From contig JALDZS010000145.1 in assembly GCA_022813965.1 (NCBI GenBank), forward strand, positions 1-62,512: a DNA stretch of 62,512 nt. Reading direction: 5' to 3'. The stretch is from Toensbergia leucococca (Eukaryota). A program made the position numbers and the translations under genes. Below the pieces are notes generated by a model. That model was not told the DNA's origin. It saw nothing but the letters and a program-made list of their open reading frames with translations, and searched no databases. Within the stretch, counting starts at the first letter, position 1. Each line of letters begins with the position of its first letter. Shown in pieces: positions 12,971 to 24,271 of the stretch.

Positions 12971-13575
12971 AATCACACCAAGCACCTCCCCAACACCAGC
13001 CTCCACTTCCACCCCACCCTGTCTCCCCTACTCCTCCCCACCTCTCAAGATAAAATTCTCACAGCTAGACTCCCCTTTCGCCAACCCCGTAGCTCGCGTC
13101 AGCTAGTGAGAGGGAATGAGGTTAAAAATGGGGAAAGTGGGAAGAGGATAGGGGTAGTATTGGATTTAATAAAGACAACTGCAATCACATCAAGCACCTC
13201 CCCAACACCAGCCTCCACTTCCACCCCACCCTGTCTCCCCTACTACTCCTCCACCCCTCAAGATGAAAATCTCACTACTAACTCACCCTTTCTTCAATCC
13301 TGTAGCTCGCATCAGCTAGTGAGAGGGAAGGGGGTTGGAAATGAGGAAAGTGTGAAGAGGATAGGGTAGTATTGGATTTAAATAAGGCAATTGCAAATCA
13401 CATCAAGTACCTCCCCAACACCAGTCTCTCTCTCCACCCCACCCTACCCCCCTACTACTCCTCCACCCCTCAAGATAAAAATTTCATAGCTAGACTCCCC
13501 TTTCGCTGACCTCGTAGCTCGCATCAGCTAGGGGGTTGGAAATGGGGAAAGTGGGAAGAGAATAGGGTAGTATTG
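12971..13575. repeat. Tandem array of three diverged ~212-bp units
   Basis: Units start at 12971, 13183 and 13396 (AATCACAYCAAGYACCTCCCCAACACCAG) and end in ...ATAGGG(G)TAGTATTG. The third unit has an internal deletion. Confidence 0.9.
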
Positions 13576-13868
13576 AACACTTCATGTACATGCAGTAACT
13601 GTACACCCGACCCCTTCCCCTCCCCTCCTCAAGACTTCACAACTTTTACAGGTCTCGTGATGAGGGCGCTATGTGTGTATCTGTTCCCCAGCACGAAGAT
13701 GCATCACCAAGATTCCACAACACCGTCCCGCATTTCCAGAAAAACGCCATCATATGAACAATGCATCTCGTCGCGCGTCGCGCATGGACCCCGCTCTCCA
13801 ACCCAACCGTAATCCCACAAGCCAAAGCTGCAACATCCGAAATCTCGCATCAAAGCACCCCACCTTTC

Positions 13869-14892
13869 TTATAATTTCTGCGCTGCCTCAACAGCATTTC
13901 CGCTCTGATACCCATACGGTACGAATGGCGTGTTTGTAAAGTAAGAATTCGTGACCGTGCCGGGGTAAGTGGTATCATCTGTGCAGTAGCCGCCGCCTGT
14001 AGGGCCTATATGCGGACAATGGACTGAGGGGCGGAAGGGAACCATGTTTTGATGAACCTGTGAAACGCGAATCAGAGAACAGCTTTGGGGAGGGGGCGTG
14101 GAAATTACGACTTACGGATCGGCATAGTAGAGTATTGCGACCCAATTCGTAGGCTTGGCCGAACCGGACCTCCTTGGTCAGGTAGGTGTAGCAAGTATCT
14201 GCATTTGTGTACTGCTGGTTTGTGCCATTGCAATATTTCTGCTCGGTGGCGCAGATGCTTTTTGCGAGGGATTCAGTGATAAGGCCGACGGCTTGGGTGA
14301 TGCTGTTTACTTTGAGGATGGGCATGCTGGCCTCGATCAGGTAATCCAGCCCCCATTGAAACCAACGGAACGTGGCATCATATTGGCTTATCTGCCCCTG
14401 CGCGTTCCAGGTAATCCAACTGTCTATCTCGACCGGAGCGGTGATGCCAAAGGCTGTGAAGTTGAATGTCAAAATCGTGCTCGCGGAGGCGATGTTTTGG
14501 TTTGCGGCGAAGTGGACGATTTCGTAGGATGTGGGCACGCCGATTAGGGAAATCGTGTCGGGTGTTGCGGCGAGGTTTGCGAAGAGGCCGAAGAGGTATT
14601 CGGTGTTTAACTCGCGGCCTTCAAAGGTGCGGGTGATGTCGATGCGGCCGAGGAGATCTTCGGCAAGAAGGGAGGAGTTTATGGATTTTGCTTGGGTTTG
14701 GTCGGCCGGGTAGATGAAGTTGTCGTAGAATTTTTTCTGAAGGGCGTAGAGTTGGGGGAAGGCGAAGGAGGGTTGGGGTTGTGGGGAGGATTGTCTTTTT
14801 ATGGGGTCGGAATAGTGGGAGGAGGAAGGGTGGGCGAGTGAGAGGGTGGAGATGGCGAGGAAGAGGAGGAGGGGGAGAAAGAAGGGTGTCAT
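13869..14892 (-). CDS. Conserved-looking secreted fungal protein (possible NTF2/SnoaL-like N-domain plus Cys-rich C-domain)
   Basis: Signal peptide; motifs GRIDITRTFEGRELNTEYLFGLF and ISQYDATF. Intron 14058-14115 gives [28 protein letters not shown]; stop at 13869-13871. Confidence 0.75.
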
Positions 14893-15757
14893 GTTTGGGG
14901 ACTGGGTCCTTGGCGTATCGAGACATTTTTGTGGGAGGGTGTGGCGATAGCTATATAAGAAGTCATGATATTATTAAGTCCTTCGGCGGAGTCATTGGTT
15001 TCCATGGATCGGTTGATGGAATGTTGGCGCTATCCAGGCCGCATTCATAGCCTACCAGTGATTATTGATCACAGCATGAAGGTTGAAATGATCCGATGGG
15101 ATTCATTGATTAAACAGGGCCGCTTATGTGGCGTGGTATCCATCAAGATGCGAAGACGCCTGTCGTTGTTCGACGTCTGTTAATGTTGCATGCGCAAGAA
15201 GGCTGTTACAACTTCTCATAGCTAATGGGTCTGTGGAACAGAGGGTGGAAATAATTGAGGAAGGATTTCCTCAGGTACGAGATGAGTGGTTCCAACGGAT
15301 GCTAGAGTAACACAGTAAGTAGCGCTTTACCGCCATTGCTTGGCTTGTTCAAGAGGTGAAGAAGGAAGGAAGAAGGAATCCTTCCGTTGTCGTATTCTAT
15401 CGAGGCTGACGCGACTGCGCATCGCGTTTCACTAGTTCTAATTCCGATAAAAGTCTCCGAATTTACACTAATCAGGGGTTTGAAACATGATCTAGACAGC
15501 CCTATCAACATCATGCTAATTCATCTAGGTATGTGTACTCCGTACTCGTATTCATTTGCATCATGAAAAGGTATCGTAGTCAAGGTATCGTACTTAGGAC
15601 ATTACACGACACTAAATCATCGAGGATGCATTTGGAAAATACTCCCCCTAGAGTATACTCGCAGAGTCCTTCCCGGCTATCAGCGAGCCATGCAGACTCT
15701 AGCTTTTGCTCATGATAGACATTCATATCCTGAAGCGAAAGCAGACTTAGAGCCATT

Positions 15758-17652
15758 CTAAAGCGTGTAGAGAAAGTCGGGTCTAGTCCAAGAATAAGCA
15801 TCATTCGTTGATCGTGATCCATATCAGGAGACTAACCTTCTGTCTCCGAGCATCTCAATTTCTTTTTCACTCTTTCCTTCCATCCACACGTCTCGCTTAC
15901 CCGCCCTTCTCATAGCGTTTTCCCGTCTCAACAGGACATGTTGTACAATACTACCGCCGAATAAAAAGACCGTCATATATCCCTAACCTCATTAGCCGTG
16001 TTCATCGTACTATCTAGTCATCTATATCTTACTAATACTACCGCATGTCCGGGAATGAATCTCGGCTTATCCTGCGATCGGTAGATATTACTGCTCACAA
16101 TTCCATTCAAATTTCCCCACCCGATCACGAAACCGAGCGTGATGCCTCTTTTGTAAACCCCTTCCGTGTTGTTCGACGTCCAGGTAACCGTATTCGCAAT
16201 GCAAGCTAGCATCATCATCAGATGTTTCCCTCGTGCAACGTTCACGTCATTCTACTTACGATAGATACCCAGAGCCCCGAGAAAGGTGCCAGCGTATTGA
16301 ACTGCCGCCGTCTTCCCGCCTAAAAGCATTGAGAATCCAGCCATACCGATGAGAGCGGCTGCAACATTGCAAAGACCTCGTTGCCCAGTTCGATCCGAGA
16401 CAAAACCGATGACTACCGTCAGAATAGCCCCTGCAGCGTATGGTGGTACCGATAAAAGTTGTGCTCTTGTTGATGAATATCCTAACTACATAGAAGAGGC
16501 TCGTAAACATCGAAGTAAACGTCATTAGGTTCATCTTACCTCGTTGATGATCGTAGGCAAAAACAAGCTGAAAGCGTAGAGAGCACAATCACAACCCTGC
16601 TCATATGTTTTATTAGCTTTGTTGAGTTACTTCCAAGAGCAGACATTTACCATGAGAACCATAGCACCAGTCCATGTCTTCCAATCCTGAACCGTAGCCC
16701 AGAAATAAGCCATCTTAAACTCTTCATGTTCAGCCGAAGATTGTTGATCTGCTCTCAGACGGCGAATGACACGACTACGGTCTATGTCAGAGAGAAATCT
16801 GGCGTCGTCGGGAAAGTCGTGAACCTAAATCATATTAGAAAGATTCCTGCGGTGTCTAAAAGCACTTACCATGGAAAATGATAGACAACCGATGATTATA
16901 GTTGCCAGCCCTTCCAACATGAAAATCCAAGACCATCCCGCTTTACCGCCAACACCTTTCATATTTTGAATTGCAGCTGCTAAAAGACCACCAAAAGATC
17001 CAGCGATAGCAGCAGCAGCGGAGAAAATGGCCAGTCTTTTCCCGAACTCGTTTCTCTTGTACCAACAAGACATGTAATATGTGACTCCTGGAAACAATCC
17101 AGCTTCAGTCATGCCTAGGAACCACCGAGCAGCCATCAGGCCGGAAAAGTTGTGGGTCAATCCCATGCAAGTCAAGCAAATCCCCCATAATATCATGATT
17201 GTTGGGATAAAGATGCTTGGTCGAAGACGTTTGAGAAGAATGTTAGCCAGAGGTTCCAAGAGGGCATAAGATATGAAGAATATGGTGAGGCAGGCGTTGT
17301 ATTGACCAGGGGTTAATTTCAGGTCTTCGGTCAAGCCGTCCAACTTGGCATTCCCAATATTCGTTCGGTCCAGAAAACTAGTAAGATATAATAGACAGAG
17401 CCATGGGATGATGGTACAGTCAAGCTTGGAGACTAGTTTTCTGTCCTAGCACGAGTTAATTTGGTAAAGCAAAGTCTAAGGACATCTTACTATGCGCGCT
17501 TTCTCTGCATCGCTTAGTCCCTCGTCTGGATCTGGTGATGATGATCTCCGGGCGAGATTATCGAGTTCAGTAGCATCAAGGGCTACCTTCTTCTCACCAT
17601 CAGACGGGGGAGATCCACTGTCACTATCGCTGACTTGAGCATTTGGCTCCAT
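15758..17652 (-). CDS. MFS transporter, anion:cation symporter (Dal5/Tna1-like) family
   Basis: Motifs SFLDRTNIGNAK, RWFLGMTEAGLFPG, GWSWIFMLEG and spliced C-terminus LGDRRPDFLYTL*. Multiple GT-AG introns. Confidence 0.9.
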
Positions 17653-19293
17653 TAGGACAATCCTTGAAGCTGGACTAGGTCGAAGGCCTCGAGGTGGGAA
17701 ACGACGCTATATACACGCGGGCGAAAATGAGTGGGTGGTGGCCTCAAGGAGTAAATGATCCGATGCACGGGGACCGATGGTAGGACTGCAGAAGATAATC
17801 CAAGCTTTGGATACCATGCCCCATACCTGCATTCAACACTAGTGTCAATCGTCGAACTTGATCTTCTTATCTACGCCAGTAAGAGTCGTGAATCGATTAC
17901 ACGTCCTGTAAAGTCATAGATAAATCCAGGACCAAATCAATTTTTAGGCCACGGTCAAAAGCGCAAGAGGTGGATGAACTCGGGGCGATAATGTTGAAAC
18001 GCCCAGATCGTGTGGTAGAGCATCATTATTCATCTGCAGCTAAGAGGCTGGTGTCCGAGTCCTATGCAGAGAACGTGAGGTGCAGCTGCCACGCATGCAA
18101 TGACCCTAATCGATCCATCGACGCATGTTGGCTGTCCTGTTAGTAGTCAATCAAATCCCAAAAGCCGAAGTACTGCTTTGACCCCACCATCGAGCCCTCT
18201 TGTACGTAGATGGATTGGGTCGATGTCGTATCACCAAGTGAAGTTGATCGAAGGACTCCTACAGTAGGGGAAGGGGGAGGTAGGAGGAGAGAGGGTGGGA
18301 GGGTAGGTATTCCTCGATTGGGCCGGAGCCAAGTTCGGCCCTTGTGTAGTCCCGAGTTCGGTCCGAGGGTCCAATGAAACGGCCCGAATGTATTCGGAAC
18401 CTAAATCGCACCACCACTCTTCATGATTGCTTCAATCTACATTGAAAGTCATTTTGAGAGGGATCGATCATGAAGTGCACCATTGCTGAGGCCGAGACCC
18501 CAAAATTGAACCCCCAACAAATTTGACGCCGCGTATCCCATGGAGGCATAAAGGTTCGGTACTATACCTCGTCAAGCTGCTCTTAGACATCATCTTAAAA
18601 GACCGAGAGAAACCACGCCAAAGCCAGGAATGACACTCGGCGCATTGCAGCCTCTTCCTTGATCATTCATCCGTAGGTCATATAAAGAAGAATCGTGGCT
18701 CTTTGCCTTGTCGAGCCGCTCATTGCCAATAGCTTAAATGAGTGAGGCCGAGCCATAACCATGAAGACTGTTCCTTGGAAATTGATCTTCGAATCCCTTG
18801 ACTCCTATGATCTTACTTTGGAAGTTTGTTGAAAGAATGGTGCGAGCAATGCTGGCATGTAGTCCTTGGTCTCTGACTTTTTTCAATTTATCCGTATCGT
18901 GCTGCTTGGTCTGCACAGTCATCCTCGCTTTTCATGTTCTGCTCTTCATGTTATCGATAGCAGATACCGAGGTTGAGGTGTTCTATCGATAACTCCGCAG
19001 GCTAGGAGCTCTCATTGTTCCTACCGGTTTAGGCACATAAACCTCGGTGCACGTCCCCTATCGTTAGTATGTTGATTTCAACTTCGGCGAAAAGTATATG
19101 CTTTCCTTGCCGTGAATATTGGGTTGATCGCACACTTGGAAGTTGACAGTCATTAAATTTCCTCAGTCAACTCGGCCACCTTTCTACCCTCCCTTCCCAT
19201 ACTTCTTCATCATCACCGAGCGTCACTTGCTCACCACCCCCTGAGCTGGTCAATCTCACGACTACCATGTAAGTCTTGAGCCCCTACCGCCAT

Positions 19294-19544
19294 CTTGATG
19301 TCGAAACAAGACATTCTAGCCTCATCTCTTGCTTCCGACCCCTTAATCCTCTTCACCTCACCTCACCTCACCTCAGGATAACCACTTTCTGCCTCGACTC
19401 ACTCACTGTAACTTGCTTCAGTGAGCTGTCTTGAGTCAAAATAAGACATTCTGGTCTCAGCTCTTCTTACAACGCCGTTAATCCTATCCTTTCACCTCAC
19501 CTCATTTTAAGCTACGCTATTTCTGACTCAGCTTACTCACTTTA
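19294..19544. repeat. Diverged ~115-bp direct duplication upstream of the RRM-like gene
   Basis: Copies 19294-19410 and 19430-19544 share AAGACATTCT, TTAATCCT, (CACCT)n and ACTCACT in the same order, offset by about 135 bp. Confidence 0.6.
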
Positions 19545-19587
19545 CATCACATTATTTAGCGCTCTCATTGATCCTACTTTGCCTGCC

Positions 19588-21464
19588 ATGGATCCAAGTC
19601 AGTAGTTCACTTACCTTTTTCATTATTTAAACTTATCAAAAACTCCTTTAGGAACAGACCCTTTTTATCCGAATCTTTCCTATACCCTACCTACACCAGA
19701 CTGCCTACGATGCGTGGACGCTAATGCTACTCAACAACTCTTGTATGCTCGTATCGCGGGCCTTGAGGCTAGTCTTGCTCGAGCCCTTGAAGACAAGACG
19801 GATGCATGGAGCACTGCGCGATTCCTCTTGAAAGATCATGTAGCCGCAGGGGACAGCAATCTTTCTCTAGATCATCAGCAATTTATCAAAGACAAGGTCT
19901 TTCAAATTTTCAGCTACGGACATGTCTGCACAGGATCAGAACAGACCGTTACTCCGGATAAGTCTGAGGCACATGTCAAAGAGCTCCTGATTGATCTTTC
20001 GGATGACGATCAGTATGATTTTACTACGAACATGGAAGGTGAGATTTTGAAGCGATCCACTACCCCTGACATCTCTGGTCTTTACGTTGGCGACCTCTCC
20101 CAAGACACTCGAATGTCCTTAATGGGAACTCATGTCAAGGTATTTGATACAATCCCTTGTCAAGCGACCTTCGCTGACTGAACATGCTTGCAAGGCACCT
20201 GCTAATACTTACGACGTCGTCCCACGTCATACTCATCGTTTTGTTGGATGGGACAAAAACATTCCGAGTATACCCTCCAATCCGAGTGGGGTCGATAGCT
20301 TGAATAAGCAGTACGGTAAGTCTGATGTTACTGAATCAACCCTTCGTCATTTGTTCCCAGACGATGGATTTACTGGGCTGTACACGGAGGATCAACACAC
20401 TTTAGGGACCTCTACTGGCGACATGAGAACTGTTTCAAAGGTAATCTTTCTAATACTTTTTTGTAAAATCCTAGCTGACTGAACAGAACCACAACTCAGC
20501 TACGGAGACTGCAGATGTTATCGATGGATCGTGCATGGAGGGAGCGAAGACAAAGGATAGCTCCAAGGCTCAACGTTCTTCGTCGCTTTCTTATGGTCGA
20601 CTTACACCGGTGGCTTTCTCGGATACTACAAGCCTGGAAACATCATCTAATCAGGATATTCGTGATCTCGTTCATTTCAACATGGCTCAGAACGTGGTGG
20701 ATCTGAAACAGCACGCCACATCTCTGACAAATCCAAAATGGCGCCTCGAGAAGCGTGGCACTTCTGATGAAGATCATGAGAAGCGTGGCACGTCTGATGA
20801 AGATTATGAGAATGCCATCTACATCAACAAGTGGCCTTCCAGCCAAGATGAGCGCGAGTCTCCAGACTTTTACGAATATGGTATTCATTTCGTCCCGGAT
20901 GCTTATAATTCCAATTTTCATCGCACAATTGTCATCTCCAACATCCCTGAGCATATCGACCTGGAACAAGTGCTTTTGAACGTCGATGGAGGAGTCATCG
21001 TTCAAGCAGACATCCTGGACTCGGTCAGTATCACCGGCTCCAAAACGGCCATGATTGTATTTCTGGACGATCGAGCCGCTATGGCATATCAAGAAAATGC
21101 GCTTCAGAATGCCATCATCTTTGATGGCCATCAAGCTTCGGTGACTCTCCTTAGTACCCCTACATGGCCAATGAATAGAAGACTGTCCAAGGCAATCTAC
21201 GACAAAGGTCATACGCGCTCCCTCTTGGTTTCAAACTTTCCGGCAAATGTTGAGGAAGCAGACTTTCGCCAGTACCTTCGTGTTCATAAGGCCTTGAAGA
21301 ACAATGAGGTAGTGAGATTTTGTGATGCTGAAGACAACAAGAGGGTCATAGACTTCTCGTCCATCTGGTTTGCACAAGAGGCCAAGAGGAGGTTGGAAGC
21401 TTCTGATATTTATCGTCAATGCAGGGTGACTTTCATCCCGGACTCTTGCGATCTTGGAGATTGA
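19588..21464 (+). CDS. Hypothetical protein with C-terminal RRM-like domains, 4 exons
   Basis: ATG 19588; introns 19598-19651, 20140-20194 and 20441-20486 join three ORFs in frame. RTIVISNIP and TRSLLVSNFP resemble RNP2 strands; ends CRVTFIPDSC. Confidence 0.65.
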
Positions 21465-22203
21465 ACAATGTTGAGAATGCTGGTAAGTGGGGTATCTGTA
21501 AGAGTAATTGGGGGATCTGAGACTAAAAAATTGCAACGACAGGTACGGTGGAGAATTGAATATGGTGAGGGGATGCCAGGATTCTTGACAAGTATCTGCT
21601 GATAGGAGCGGAGGAAGTTTTCCAAGTATGGCGTATTGATGGCAGTGAGGATTCCAAGCACAGTTTGTGGTTCGTCATGAGATTGGCTCTGAAGTGTATC
21701 TAATGATTCGATCGAGAACATTCCGCCGTTTGGCTACCGTTTACTCTAGAAGCGTTAATTTAGTGTTGATAGTTGCAAATAATGATTTGTTCTTTCTTAG
21801 AAATGATGGGGTATGGATTTGACATGGGTTTGTGTCTTTTAGAGAAGTTGAGCCTGAGAAGATAAGATCTGGGATCGTGTGTGATGATTCGTTAAGGGGT
21901 ATTGAAGGATTTTGAGATGAGGATTGTGGTTTTGTCATGGTTTACGTGAACATATCCTGTTTGTGAGCTCGTGATTTCCATTGGATAGAAGTTGCTACAA
22001 ATGGCTGGAAGTATCTTGAAATACCTCAAGTCTCCCTCCTTGCCCTGAGGCTCTCGACGATTCTATTTGGTCCTCGGTACGGAGTGCATAGTCGTGCCAT
22101 AAGGCTTAGCGCCTCCCCAGTCCTCGAAGCACGTCAACTCAAACCCTTCGAAAGCTTCAAATCACGACTCCAGAACAGACGCACCAACCTGGACATCTCA
22201 AAA

Positions 22204-23026
22204 ATGCTAGTCAACCCCTCGCTCTCGGTGCGATCCTCGCTCTTGAGCTGCAGGATTCAACCCGCTTTCTTTGCGCCAAGCACTACAAGCACCACCACCC
22301 TCTCCTCACAACAACGCCGCCTCAAATCATCGACCCCCCTCACCACTCTCTCGAATGCCCACCCCCAACCAAACCTCTTAACCCGCTCAACCTCCACCTC
22401 CACTACCGTCCCCTCCAACCCTGACCCGCAAACACTAAACTGGAATGCCTACCTCACCCTCCGCCGCACGCGCCGCCGCCTCAACCTCCTCGCCTCCCTC
22501 TCCACCGCCCTCACCACCACAACCATCGGCTCCTATCTCCTCTCCCAACAAGACCTTGATGCCCTCGCTGCACAGGTGGGCTTGGATCCGTTTATGGTGC
22601 TCGGGTTGACGACGGCGGGGGTGGGGGCGCTAGGGTGGTTGTGTGGGCCGGTGGTTGGGAATGCGGTGTTTGGGCTCTGGTATCGGAAGTGGGGGAGGGA
22701 GATTGCTGCTGTGAGTCCCGTTTTTTCCGCTGCCGTCTCTATTCTTTGTTCTTGGCCCCACAAGCTAGTCTTAAGTGGGGTTTGACCGATTTGCTGGGAT
22801 TCGGATGGATGACTAACTGCCCCCTTTTCTTTTGCCGTGCGCGTTGCAACAGAAAGAAAAAGACTTTTACCACCGCATCAAACGCTACCGGGTCGATCCT
22901 TCCAGCCAGTCGTTTTCGAACCCGGTGCCGGATTATTATGGGGAGAAGATTGGGAGCGTGAGGGATTTTCGGCATTGGTTGAAGGATCAGAGGGCTTATA
23001 ATCGGAAGAAGCGGGATTTTTTGTAG
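22204..23026 (+). CDS. PAM17: Mitochondrial presequence translocase-associated motor subunit Pam17
   Basis: Presequence-like N-terminus, [16 protein letters not shown] and GWLCGP. Intron 22711-22852 leads to [42 protein letters not shown]. Confidence 0.95.
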
Positions 23027-23257
23027 GCGTGCGGGGTCGTTTGGCTGGGGCAGGGAGAGTGGTGGGTGGGTGATGAGGCGGTGGGTGGGTTCTGTGGATG
23101 TTGGATGGGCGAGGGGAGAGTGTGGGGAGGTGGGGATGTGGATATCGGAAAGGGAGCGTGTGGAGGGCATTGGAGTGCTGGATCGGTCTCTGGGAGGTGA
23201 GATTCGACATGGGGATTGTAAGATATGGCATCTCGGTTCAGCTACTTGGGCGCCTTA

Positions 23258-23283
23258 CTTGCTTGCTTGCTTGCTTGCTTGCT
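23258..23283. repeat. (CTTG)n microsatellite
   Basis: About 6 perfect copies seen directly. Confidence 0.85.
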
Positions 23284-23839
23284 GCCAGCGATGCATTTTC
23301 ACGCGCGTTTCTTTCCCAAGAAAAAAAAAAGAAACATCCATTCCAACCAGTTATCCCTTCCACCCTCCAAACCTGACCTCCATTCCCCTACCCTCACAAA
23401 AACCCCCCAACACCTCCCATATCTTCATTGGAACCAACTTCACCTCACCCCACCCCTTTCCTTCTCTTTCTCCTTGCGTCATAAAAATCCCCACTATCCG
23501 CCAAATAATACTCCTATAATTCTTCCCTTCCCCATCCTTCCTTCTTGGAAAGAATGCCAGTCCCACATATGAGGTGTTTTTCATCCCTGTGCCTGTGCCT
23601 CTTTTTTACCATCATCTGTATATATACGCACGGGGAATGACGCTTGTACCTAATCCTCTTCTTTTTTTATTCTTTTTTTGGGATGGTGAGGGGGTGGGAG
23701 TTTGTGGGGGTTGAGGGGGGTTTTTAAGGTGTTGGGGGGTGGGGTGAGGGGTGAGGGGATGTGAGGATGTGAGAAGGGACAAGGGGATAAGGGGGTGAGG
23801 GGCTTTTTTGATGGTAGTGATGATGGTTGCAAATTCCAG

Positions 23840-24110
23840 GGGGTGAAGTGATTTCTAGTCTTCTTCTTGAAGGCTTTTTTTGACGAGCTTTTTTTTGACT
23901 GCGTGCTTCTTGTCTTGTCTTTGTTTGAAATTTAGCTTTTTTCTTCTTTTTGCGTTCTTTGCTTTTGTTCCTTTAGCCTTTTTCTTTCTCTACTCACTCT
24001 TGTTTACTTTATTCTTTTCTCTCTGTCATGCAGCGCTCTATATTACAGCACCGCTTTTTCTCGATAAAAAGACGGAACAACTCTTTTCTCTTTTTACTCA
24101 TGATTGCTGA
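23840..24110 (-). mobile_element. Probable degraded pogo/Fot1-like (Tc1/mariner) transposase C-terminal relic
   Basis: AT-rich. Minus frame reads KSGAVI*SAA*QRE then K/E/Q/R-rich helix, resembling the GAVFWSP..AR.RE plus charged tail of fungal pogo-like transposases. Stops are explicable by C>T / G>A transitions. No TIR identified. Confidence 0.35.
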
Positions 24111-24271
24111 CTTTGCAATCTGTAACCTAGATGTATGATTATCTAAACAAAATCATGACTATACGTCCTTTTTTTTATTCACTAAAAAGTCTTCATCTCT
24201 GCGTGTTATCTACCTCAGCTATCCAATTCGAAAATCTGCCTCTGCGAAATATGATGCTAAGTCTTCTGATG

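Noticed and set aside
12971..13575. CRISPR-like array
   Set aside because: Whole units are homologous with no unique spacers, there are no cas genes, and the context is eukaryotic.
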